From Phoronis australis (Eukaryota; Animalia; Phoronida): a DNA stretch of 64,000 nt. Under the pieces are notes generated by a model. That model ran no database searches. It was not told the DNA's origin and saw nothing but the letters and a program-made list of their open reading frames with translations. Location: assembly GCA_002633005.1 (NCBI GenBank), contig NMRA01000184.1, positions 623,255-687,254 of the forward strand, written 5' to 3'. Below are positions 26,948 to 38,047 of the stretch, in pieces. The translations under genes were made by a program, and so were the position numbers. Positions within the stretch are counted from its first letter, which is position 1. The number at the start of each line of letters is the position of its first letter.

Positions 26948-28014
26948 GTAAGTTATTCTGTTAAATAAACCGGGTTTGTTGCGATCGATCGAGTGTCTCC
27001 ATTCGCCAACAGTTGAACAAGTACGGATCCTGCATCGCATGAGATTTGGCTGTAAACTGTGACGTAGACAGAATTTTGGCATCAAATAAAAACCTGTAAA
27101 AAGAGGGTATTTATTGTCTCATGGATTGGATAAACGAGGAAACTAAGTACAAAACCAATTTCCCTCATTTCCATGGTCGCTGACCTTCGCGGACACTTCA
27201 CTGCTCTAGTGACTCTTAATTTTTCACGAATATTCCTATTTTGTATTTTTACTCCACATCGCAGTGAGCACGCCTGGAATGACTAACATAAGCCAAGAAA
27301 AGCCTTTTCTAACATTTCTCTTGTGTGTTGAACGAAAACTAGAACGCTGACGATAATGTTTGGCATAAACGGCAAAGATCATAAGAGTTCAATTGTAAAG
27401 GAAAATTAGTGCACAGATGCACGCCCAGAACGGACAGACGGACGGACCGAAGCCACAAAGTGTACACCTTTCTATTATTTTTCATTCATAAATGAGAATT
27501 TTCGTTATTCGTCTATGCAAAAACATTTGTAAGAAGGGTGGGAAATTGCTGTATGGAAAAGCTTTCTTGACGGTGTCAGCAGTCCTTAGCAGTATTTCTA
27601 GTATTACTAACACTTAAGCAATTGTTATACCTTTGATTAGGTGAAGTAGGTGACGTGTGTGTGATGCTAGCGGTCATGGTTATTGAAAAATACGTAACAT
27701 GCTTGGAAAATAGTTCACGGTGAGTAGCCGTCGCAAAATTTAGATGTTCGGAGCATTCTAGTTAAGACGTGTGGTCTTTATAGGTAGGAGAGGATATGTC
27801 CCTGGTGTAATTATAGAAAAGTAAAACCAGAAAAAAAACTACAGTGTAATCTATATTCAGAATTTCAAGGTGAACTTTTACCTAGATTTGATATGGTGGA
27901 CGAAAGAGTATTCACAGAAACTTTCTGCAGGGTCGTGATATAAATTCCTTGAGAAAACTTGCTGACTTGAACAATGCTGTGAAATGTGCTTTTGAATTGT
28001 TTACTCTGTTTCAG

Positions 28015-28104
28015 TCGGCTACCCTTTTGGCTGCACCATATACCAATTCTTAGGACGAGCTGCACCCTTCCTTATTCTGGCCGGATTAAACTTGGTTGAC
28101 GGAC
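28015..28104 (+). CDS. SLC18-like transporter exon 7, TM5-TM6
   Basis: tttcAG|...|GTgagt; LGYPFGCTIYQFLGRAAPFLILAGLNLVDG (VMAT: [29 protein letters not shown]). Confidence 0.92.
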
Positions 28105-28573
28105 GTGAGTAGAAACCAATTGATGAAGACGGTCCAAGTTGAACATTTTTAACGAAGTTGACGCATTTGTAGTCCTGCTGCCTGCGTGCGAGTCATTCAT
28201 ATCTGAAACTAAATTTCATGCACTTAGGTTGAAATCCAAACATTCACAAAAAAGAAGAGAATTAATATTTTTATTAAGATTATTGGGTTCACACTAAAAT
28301 GAACACATTGATGCTGGGGTATAAGTGTAAAATTACGAAATTTTCAAGTGATGTGGGTCTAATAAAATTTCATTTAAAAACATAAACCATGAATTTCAAA
28401 TACGTCAGTGCTGGTGCACGCCCTATTTGAACTCTTAGGCGCGAATGAGCGGACGATTTCTTTGCAATCGTGTATGAAAATAAAAATTTACTGCCCGACA
28501 GAAATTCGAGAAGTCCGATAGCTTGAAAATTGCCCTGGGAAAGTTAACGATTGACTTTGTTTTTCCACTGCAG

Positions 28574-28635
28574 TTTTGCGCTTATGTTTAATAACCCCGT
28601 CGCATGCCAGGAAGGGAATGTTTTCATCACAGAAG
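28574..28635 (+). CDS. SLC18-like transporter exon 8, start of central loop
   Basis: ctgcAG|...|GTaagc; LLRLCLITPSHARKGMFSSQK. Phase 1 in, phase 0 out (cumulative 735 nt). Confidence 0.8.
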
Positions 28636-29001
28636 GTAAGCCAGTTTTGATTAAATAATTGCTTAATCGAGTTATTTATTAATTTACTTGTGGTAAAACT
28701 TCGGTAATAGTACGCAATACAGTTTCAATGACTTCATGACGACGCTCTTGCTTCTGATTTTCTTGTATTACAGAGACTGAAACATATACTATACTCGTAA
28801 TTTATGCGCTTTAATTAAATTATTCATAACGGCGTAAATTGGTCCTTAACTGTGTAAATTGACTCTTGACGGCATACATTAATTATTTACATACGTTTTA
28901 CGCACGTAAATTTATTAATTTTCACCGTTAAAAATAATTTAGCAACTTCATTTACACGCGTAAATTGTTGCCCATAAACGTGTCCCTGGACCGAGACTTA
29001 A

Positions 29002-30320
29002 AGGCGAAGGCAACCTTTTTTCATGTCATTTTTAGCAAAAATAGGGTTCGTTGATTATCCCAGACATATTTTTCACTTATTTACAGCTTTTCGTAATTTA
29101 ATTAATTACTCGTCGTCTACTCCGGAAGTGACGTTTTGGGAGGCAAGAATTTCGCGCCAATTTCTTTTCATGCAGTCTGACTGTGAGATCAGTCAAGTCA
29201 GTCATTGTTCTACCTCGGTTGTGATAAGTTCGACCGTCGTTTGCTTTTGTTTACGAGTCAGTCAACATGCCACGCTGTTGCTGCCTACCGAGATGTACTC
29301 ATTATCGTCTCACGTACACAGGAAGAACTGCCCCACTTGCCCGAGTGTCCCGCGACACACTCCCAGTGGATGGTGACTTGAGCACCCAAACTGCTTACAT
29401 CCCGCCGTGCGACTCCCTCGTCACTCACGTGGCACCTTCTAAATAGCTCCAATACAAGTCCACAATAAACTTATCAAACTTTGGCTCACCGATCTGTTCA
29501 TTGGATGACGAACTGTCCTTTTCACTGGGTGTCAATCTGGGCCTGTATTCTCTCCCACTACTCAACATCGCTGCAGGGCTGCTTACAGGCTCTGGGCTAG
29601 AGACAACAGCACACGGGGAATCACTGCTAGTTCCTGGAATTGCACGCTATGGAGTACGTTCGGAGGCATGGGTGACAGTACATGAAGTGCCTCCAGTCAC
29701 TGTTTATAGTGGCTACAGCTCGCGAGGCTTCTCGCTTCAAAACCGCACTTCTGATTTCGGGGGTGGCGACGGGGCACTGCCGGGAATCAACAGCGACGGT
29801 ATGGAACCCTTCTCCACGCGTTGTTTCTTAGGGACCTTCATCAATTCAGCGTACATATCTCTTTCGTAATCTGACGGCTGAAAATGTTTGCCACTGCTTT
29901 GTACGTTGCGTGAACGGGTAGCGCTGCGTTCTTCACACGAACGAGCTAGCCATTAGTACGGCGAAGTGTGTCAACCTTCGGAAAGCGATACAAGGTACCC
30001 AAAGCGCGTGTGAGACGATAATGAGCACATCCTGGTACGCAGTAACAGCGTAGCATGTTGACTGACTTGTAAACAAAAGCAAACGACGACCGAACTTATC
30101 ACATCCGAGGTAGAACAATGACTGACTTGACAGTTCTCACAGTCTGACTATATGAAAAGAAATTGGCGCGAAATTCTTGCCTCCCAAAACGTCACTACCC
30201 AAGTAGAGGACGAGAAATCAATTAAATTACGAAAAGCTGTAATTAAGTGAAAATATGTCTGGGATAATCAACAGACCTTATTTTTGCTAAAAGTGACATG
30301 AAAAAAGGTTGCCTTCGCCT
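29002..30320. mobile_element. Non-autonomous Kolobok-like DNA transposon with degenerate THAP domain
   Basis: TTAA on both sides (28998-29001, 30321-30324); termini AGGCGAAGGCAACC...GGTTGCCTTCGCCT; about 290-bp imperfect TIRs. The - strand from 30056 reads MLRCYCVPGC...LYRFPK...KHFQPSDYERD...GSIPSL (THAP-like, with stops). Confidence 0.85.
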
Positions 30321-33300
30321 TTAACCAATGCAGGCCGTAATCTAGAACTCGAACGTTTCACGAAAGAAATTGTCACTCAGCAAGAACATTTCACAAAAGA
30401 TAAATGAGTAATTGGCTAATGGGGAAACAGTCTAACAGACGCTCTTGAACTAAGTAACAGCTGTTCCCAGAAGGACGCTGGATTTTTGGTGATAACAGGA
30501 ACCCCGATTAAAGGGCATCTCTTTCACTCAAACCACTGACCTTTTTCACAAGTCTAGGTTAGCAGAAATATGTTTTCCTAGTCACATCGAAAAACAGACT
30601 GAATTCCTGTTTGACCTCAAATACTAGGCTTGCATGACTAGCGAAAATGATATCAGTTTTTCAGTGGGGAAAACTACAGCCTTTTAGCCACACAGTACAG
30701 ACGCGTTGTCCCGAAGATGACATTTCGCATGCGGCTGATTTGTTTCCTCATCACCCAAAATTGCTGGAAAATTTAAGGTCAAAGAATGTTCACTTTCTGC
30801 AATGATAAACACTAGCCTTCTTACCCTTCTTCATGTGGTTATGTGGGTCCTTTGCAGTAAGGTGTCGGGCAGGCAACAAAAGTACTTGCTAAAACACCAG
30901 CAGTTTTGGGTTACAAAATGCCCAGCAGTAGCCTAGGTTCACCCAATCTGAACACAACATAACATTTGGATCCATTTGAACACAGATTATACTCGGACTC
31001 TGGATAAGAATTGATTTAACTAATGATTTGAGTACAAAATTTAAACGATTTAGTCATGAAAAAAATTAAATCGGGATTATGAGTTATTTTTTTGGTATTT
31101 AGTTCATAGCTGGTAGCATGTTTGTACAGTACGTTGTGTACTTCAAGCTTGAGTAACTTCACTGGTGAAAAAGACGGTAAAGTTTGATTTTATGTTTGCT
31201 TTAAACTGATATAATTGGCGTGAAAATTGTTTTTTGTTTAGATAATTCCTTAGACGAATTCCATGTCACGACCACAACGGTCGCAATCGGATGCTTTGCC
31301 AGCGGAGTTAAATGCCACTCTGCAAGTAGACGAGTGTAACTCGAAGCCTAACATAAGGTTACCGTATAGCGTTCTTCATTAGAATTACTATTGTCGCAAA
31401 TTACTAAATCACCCTAGCGTTACTGTAACCTCAAGTAACAATACCTCTTCATATTTTGCAATTTTCGGTGTGACAATGATAGACTAATGAGGATGGTAAT
31501 GGAAATGCTAATGATAAGAACAACAAACACGACAACAACATTTATAATATTCATATAAACAATGACAAATTCAACTATAAGTGCATGCTCTTCATAACTA
31601 GTTGCATATCGGGACTGTTTTTTCCAGCTTGTTCGAGTTAGCGGATTTATGTGTACTGTGAACGACCTTAATTAAGTTGAGGTGGCTTCGAGTTAGTAAC
31701 TCATCATTTGTGACACCATGATCTGTCCGAGTCCTACAATAATAATATGTCTATACGTGAAACATCCATTGTATTTAGTCCCATTTAGATATTAACATTT
31801 GACACGGCGCAACTGGCATGGCACAAGATGACCAGTGTCAAGCGTCCGTTTACACTAGACACGTAACCCATATGTAGGTAATCCACAAGGTTGTTAAGGT
31901 AAATCGTGAACGTAATGTCGTACCTATGGTAGTTGCAAGGCCTGAATGAAGCAAAATCCGTGCCGTTTCCTAACCAAAACAGAAAAAAATCATTCAATGA
32001 AAGAAGTAGGCAGAATATGCAAAATGTCAACATTTTCCACACACATGCTTTGCTGTCGACGCCATCTTGTCGCTGAGTTATACTGCCATAAGTTTATGTC
32101 GTGATTTGAGAAAAGATGTCAGCATTTAACCTAATGACCTAGTTCTTACTTGAATGCCATTGGTTGATTTAGAAACGAGACCGACTCACGAGATCTTAAT
32201 CTGGCGGAATCGGAAACAGAAGTGGAAGACGCCATTTCGCAGGTAGTCTTTTTGTCGACAAATTTCTTTAATTTTGGGCTGCTGAGTCTTGTGTACGTAA
32301 TTCAATGACTTTTTATCAGCTGATCAACGCTTTCACCAGTGGACCTACTGTACATAACTAAGCATTTGAATTAAACCCAGCCTTGACTGTTAACTGTATG
32401 TAATATTCTGACAATTTTTTAACAAAGTAAATGGTGGCCAGGATTAACGTTGAAAGACAAGGTACCAATCAGCTGACTAGCAAATCGCAGGAATTGCGGG
32501 AAAATGATAACCTGTAAGTTTGTGTGTTTTGCGCAAACTCAATAGAGGTGATTCCTTCCGCCTTGCCCCGGTTTCTCGTTTAGACATATAGTTGACACGG
32601 AACAAAATGATCGGGTGCAACTTGCTCTACCTCACAAATGGCTTGCAAAAGTTGTCAACATGATGTCAATTTTCTCCCTGTCAGTTCTGTTTATACACTC
32701 AATTGCGCCCGATCATCTCGTTCTGTGTCAGCTGATCCGAGTCAACTTTTGTAGTGTAAACGGGGCTTGTAAGATATACAAAAAGAGTCAGATATTGTAC
32801 AAAAAAAATAATCAGCGCGAAAACCTCAATTTTATGATGCTGACTTCATAATAAAACGACACTCCACTATTTAGGCACAAATCACTAACAGAATATAGTG
32901 CTTGATTTCAAATACAAATGACACTCAACGATTACGCCAACGTCCGCGATTTCAATGACTATCTGGCCGCCAACAGCAAGGATTGGCGGTTTATTATAAA
33001 ATCATAAAGATAACGGATTTTTGTTATTTTATAGCTTTAATAAAAGCTGATAAGTTTACAAAGTTTATCTCATCATACAATAGTCCATAAATATAGATTA
33101 TTACATGGCGAAGTCGTTATCCCCCGTTATCAAGAGCCCGAGTGGATTTTGGAGAATTATCGCCCGTAAGAACAATTATCCCCAAAATGCGTTTTTTGCC
33201 GTATAAACAATAATTCCCGAAATGCGTTTTTCGGCCATAAAACCGATCATTTTCTTTTAATGTTCGTGCACGTGGAATCAACAGATAGATGACATTAACG

Positions 33301-34254
33301 TCCTGAACGCAACACCATGCAGTAATTCGATGGCACAGTCTCATCAACCCTCTGAAAGTCTAGATAGATACCCAGCCTACGTTCACTTTTGCAAAGAACA
33401 GATTGCGGACAATCGAACAAACGGATTGCAAACAAGACGTGACCAAAAACCCTAGAATACTGTCCGTAGCTTCGACTTTTCATGAATCTACAAATTGAGA
33501 TACTGAAACTCGGATCAACTATGTGCGAGTGTGTTCTGTCATTATTGATATTTTCTATTAAAATAATTGAAAGTTAAAAGTAAGTCCCGGAAGAATTGAT
33601 TTTGCATTGACTTCGACAGTGTACACGTTTGTGATGACGCAACGTTGTGAATTAGTTTTGTCGTTGTGGGTGCGCTTTTGCAGAACCTGTTTGCCGAAAT
33701 AACAATACATGCTGAGATACCGGAACTGCTTTCGAGCTATTCAATAAGTTTGAGAGAACCAATGTCGTCATGACGTTAGTTGGTGGTACGAAATTGCTAT
33801 CATGAAATTTCGCTTTTATGCAAGTGTAAGATAACTATTTGAATTGTCTTTAATGTTAAACAAGTCAGGTTGCACTCTCTCGTCTTCGCTTACAATGGGA
33901 CAGAGCAAGAGCATCAATTCATGGAGAAAATAGCTTGCTCCTGTTCTACAATTAATTCCGAGAGCAAATTATTTTTTTCTATAAATTTCTCTTGTTTTTT
34001 GGAAGAAAATAATTACTCCCGGGTATTAGAATTCGTGGTTTAATAGGTAATTCCTCAAAAATAATTTCTGGTTTTAGTCATTAAATTGGGGATAAAACAA
34101 TTCATTTAATCCGGTTTAAGTCATTTACCCCCAGTCTTGGCGATTGATTCCGTGAGGGAAGAGTTTGCTGCAAGAAAATAACTATTATTGAATAGGAGAT
34201 GTATCGAATTGGCCTCCGTACTTCCCTGATACCAGGAAGGGGTTACCAGCCTCC

Positions 34255-34396
34255 CGTTCAGTAACGCTAGGACCTCGCTAAAAAGCAGGACTTCGCGAGA
34301 TTACAGCAAATCACGTGTTCTCATTCAAATATGAGAACACGTGATTCTGGCTAGATTTTAGCTAGGTCCTAGCGTTGGTCGTAGCGCTAGTGAACG
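34255..34396. mobile_element. Palindromic MITE (second, diverged copy at about 8330-8448)
   Basis: Outer inverted repeat cgttcagtaacgctaggacc / ggtcgtagcgctagtgaacg and a perfect 16-bp inner stem aatcacgtgttctcat / atgagaacacgtgatt (34309-34346). ctagattttagctaggtcctag is shared with 8397-8418. Confidence 0.7.
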
Positions 34397-36160
34397 CACG
34401 CCAAGTAATGCCTTCCTGCTGATAATGTCATGTGATCCAGCGTTCAGCAATCGCATCCTGTTGTAATCTATGTAGCCTGCCGGGTGTGATATCTAGGAAC
34501 TTCGAAGCTCAAAGCAGACCCCGAGGTCATCAGTTACTCACGTTAAATGTTTTGTACGGTGTTATCAGACTAATTATCTTTTTCTTTCTTGAATTTATTG
34601 CACCCGAAAACGCCGACTTTCAGTCAAGCATTTCTTAAATTTCACCTCAAAAGTAGAAGTTTTGCTGAGTCGGGGCGAATTTTCACTTGCATCTTCATCC
34701 CCAGTTTGTGTCCCCTTAGTTTTTAGCAGTTGCTCTGACGTGACCATCATGTTATCTCCGTTTCCGTCTTTCAGACACATGTGGTCGTTAACAACATTTC
34801 CAAACTGTCACAACACTAATTTGCAACACGCAAAAGGCAAACAAGTTAGTTGGAGGTCTTGAGTAATGGTAAATAAATGGGCCAAAAAGACAATGGATAA
34901 ATGTGCAGATATGCCATTTTGAACCATTACAAATTGTACACATCCGCATTTTTCACATATGCTCTGAGGCAAACCCTGGTTTTAGAGTGTTAGGATGATG
35001 CAGCTGCCAAACGGGCCCTGATATCCTGCGCAGACGAACATCTGGATTTCCTATTTCTTATCGTTTACGTTTTTATTGTTTTTGAAAATCTGTGAGAATG
35101 GTAATAAGTCTTACACGTTTTGCAAAATCGACGTGGCGACGGCTTTAAATGTTTTTTTTGAGAAATTGAATGCAGTACGTTTATCTTAATAAAAACAATC
35201 CTGCGTATGACTCCAACTCCGTCGCGGCTACAATTTTGACGCATACTATTCGTTGCGCACTGGTGGCACGAGCTGATTACCACATGCACCGAACAAATTT
35301 TTCCAACCTTTCTTTCAAATTGCCGTATATTAGAATCCGCTCGAACTATTTTAAAAAATTCTCTGCAGAAATATTTTTTAAATTCTAACATGTCATTTGC
35401 CCTGAAATTATTCGGTGACTTTACACGAAACATTGGAATGTCTTACAGAGCTGCGCACTGATTTGCTTTGTCAAACGATACTCAGTAAAACACAAGGGCG
35501 GCGTTTCGAGATTCTGGGTGTTGAAAAACTCCGCAAGTATATAGGCAGGTAACCCCTATTACAACTAAATCATGCACACAAAAATACGAAGTCCGGCTCA
35601 ATACGATATAAAAACATTTCCAGCTTCTGGTGAATCAGATGAAAATGATGCCATACTTCTCCTTTTGTTAAATATCTACACAAATTTAGAATAGTATTTT
35701 AGACACCTGACAAAAACACCTGTGAATATCTCTGCCTGCACACCTTGGCTATTGTGAATAAAATTCGTGAAATCTAACACAACTGTTCTGCTTGCTTTTA
35801 ACATCCCATCGTTATGAACTGAGTGTGGGATTTCTCCCAAGAAAATTTGTGATATAAACAACCTCGGGACTTACAGCAACGTTACGTAATGGTTCGTATT
35901 CACGTGCCAGAGCGGAGCAGCATGGTTAGCAGTTCCTGACGGCGGCACAACGGGGGCAATGTCGTAACATCTGTTGCTAAGTTTACGTATTGAATACTAA
36001 CCGGTACTATGTGGTGGTACGAATGCATACTTGGGGGAGGAACCAAGATGTCCAAGAATCACGATGACCTTCTGTGATTTATCATTTTCAACGTGTTGAA
36101 CTGATAACGAAGAAGTCGTGCATTTGGAATTTGCCATTTGGCCATCGGCGGCTTTCCAAC

Positions 36161-38047
36161 ATGGCCGTGCTTATGACCGTGTGTCTCACAGTAGTCGCGT
36201 TGTGTCGATCGTCTGCTGCAGACGAAATTGCGGAACTTTCGCGGTTGGTGAGCGACTTTGAAGACTGGCGCTTCCGCGAGTTTCCAGAATATGCGACATC
36301 AGCAGGTATTCATAATTTTAATGACCAGCTGGAGTCGTTTTCGTTCGACCGATTTAAAGTCCGGAAGAGTCAAGTGGAGCAGTTTCTACGACGGTTGAAA
36401 GAAATTGGTTCTACGAGGTTAGATAGAAAAAATAGAACTACTTTCAAGGTTTTGAAATCCAATTTGGACGCTTTTGTGACTGGATATGCGTGGCATGCTT
36501 ATGGGATGTTGAATCCTTTCAGTTTTTTGGAAGGCATTCATTTGGAGTTTAAATATGTTATTTCTAAAACGCGCTTCAAAACGAAATCTGACTTCGTCAT
36601 GTACATTGCTCGCTTGCAAAAACTTCCTCAACAAATTTCAGAACAGATGCAACTAATGAATCGTGCAATAAGGTCGGGGATTACCAACCACGTGGTTTCC
36701 GTTCAAGAGGTGCCCAGTCAAATTGACGACCTTTTCAACAGAACATTAGAAGATCTTGAGATGTATCGTCCATTTAAACAATTGTTGGAAAATATGTCGG
36801 ACATTTCAAACGCGGACAAGGAATCTCTCAGAAACCAGGTAAAAGCGGTACTTTCATCACAGATTGTACCGATGTTTCAGAGGCTTTCTCGGTTCCTGAA
36901 GGACGAGTACATACCAAATTGTCGTCCTTCGATTGGCGTGAGCACGTTTCCTCAGGGAAAAGAATACTATCAAGCTTGCTTAAATTGGCACCTGTCGGTG
37001 AGCATGACTCCAGATGAGGTGCACGCGCGTGGACTGAAGGAAGTTCGACGACTGAAAGCGGAAATGACGAAAATTGCCCGCAGAACTGGCTTCAATGGAA
37101 CTTTAATGGAGTTTTACGACACACTGAAGCGAAACACAATTTTCTTTAAGGAGACAGCAGATGAAATTCTTGATTTCTACAATGACATTATTTTCAAGCG
37201 AGTCAAGCCACAGCTGAAATCGTTATTCGGTGACTATCCAGACTATCCAGTCGAAGTTAAACCTTTAACATTCAACGGCCCTGCTGGTATGTATAGTTCA
37301 CCAACTGACGATGGCTCGACCCCCGGGATATTCTGGGTCAACTTGCGGAATCCTGAAAAGCGGGCTACGTTCGACATGCCTGCTCTTGCGCTGCATGAGG
37401 CAGACCCCGGACACCACATGCAAATCACGTACAAACTTCGAGAAGACCTTCCACTCTTTCGAAAAAGATTAGATTACAACAAGTACTACGCTTGCCCGTT
37501 TCACTTCCCGTTTTTTACTAGCTTCTCGGAAGGCTGGGCCCTTTATGCAGAAGATCTGGGACTTGAAATGAAGGGAGTTTACGCAAACGATTACGAACTG
37601 TTTGGAAAGTATGCATCCGAAATGTTTCGCGCCTGTCGCCTAGTCGTGGACACGGGAATACATGCTATGAACTGGACACGTGACCGAGCCATTGACTACA
37701 TGGTGAATCACACATTTTTTCTTCGCTCCCAGATGACTATCGAGGTAAACAGATATATTACATGGCCTGGTCAAGCTTGCGCGTATAAAATTGGCCAGAT
37801 GAAAATACTGGAACTAAGGAGAATGGCGGAAAGGAAACTAGGACAGGTGTTCAACATTGCCGAATTCCACGGAGTTGTTCTTCGAATGGGTTCGGTGCCC
37901 TTGTTTGTCTTGGAAGAGGAGGTTAAGGAATGGGTCGAGGAGAAACTTTCGGAGAGGAGCAATGCAGTCCATTGCTGCTCTGTTGGTATACTTTGCACCA
38001 TTGCTGCTTGGTTTTCAGTCTGTACAATGGACATAAAACTGCTTTGA
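36161..38047 (+). CDS. DUF885-family putative zinc metallopeptidase, copy A (secreted/GPI-like, single coding exon, 628 aa)
   Basis: Long intact ORF. The likely start is aacATGG at 36161 (the track's 36074 start is GTG), giving signal peptide MAVLMTVCLTVVALCRSSA. DUF885 motifs: PEYAT.AG, LHEADPGHHMQ, EGWALYAE, RACRLVVDTGIH, RYITWPGQACAYKIG, FH..VL..G.VPL. Hydrophobic C-terminal tail. Confidence 0.93.
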   Translation: MAVLMTVCLTVVALCRSSAADEIAELSRLVSDFEDWRFREFPEYATSAGIHNFNDQLESFSFDRFKVRKSQVEQFLRRLKEIGSTRLDRKNRTTFKVLKSNLDAFVTGYAWHAYGMLNPFSFLEGIHLEFKYVISKTRFKTKSDFVMYIARLQKLPQQISEQMQLMNRAIRSGITNHVVSVQEVPSQIDDLFNRTLEDLEMYRPFKQLLENMSDISNADKESLRNQVKAVLSSQIVPMFQRLSRFLKDEYIPNCRPSIGVSTFPQGKEYYQACLNWHLSVSMTPDEVHARGLKEVRRLKAEMTKIARRTGFNGTLMEFYDTLKRNTIFFKETADEILDFYNDIIFKRVKPQLKSLFGDYPDYPVEVKPLTFNGPAGMYSSPTDDGSTPGIFWVNLRNPEKRATFDMPALALHEADPGHHMQITYKLREDLPLFRKRLDYNKYYACPFHFPFFTSFSEGWALYAEDLGLEMKGVYANDYELFGKYASEMFRACRLVVDTGIHAMNWTRDRAIDYMVNHTFFLRSQMTIEVNRYITWPGQACAYKIGQMKILELRRMAERKLGQVFNIAEFHGVVLRMGSVPLFVLEEEVKEWVEEKLSERSNAVHCCSVGILCTIAAWFSVCTMDIKLL

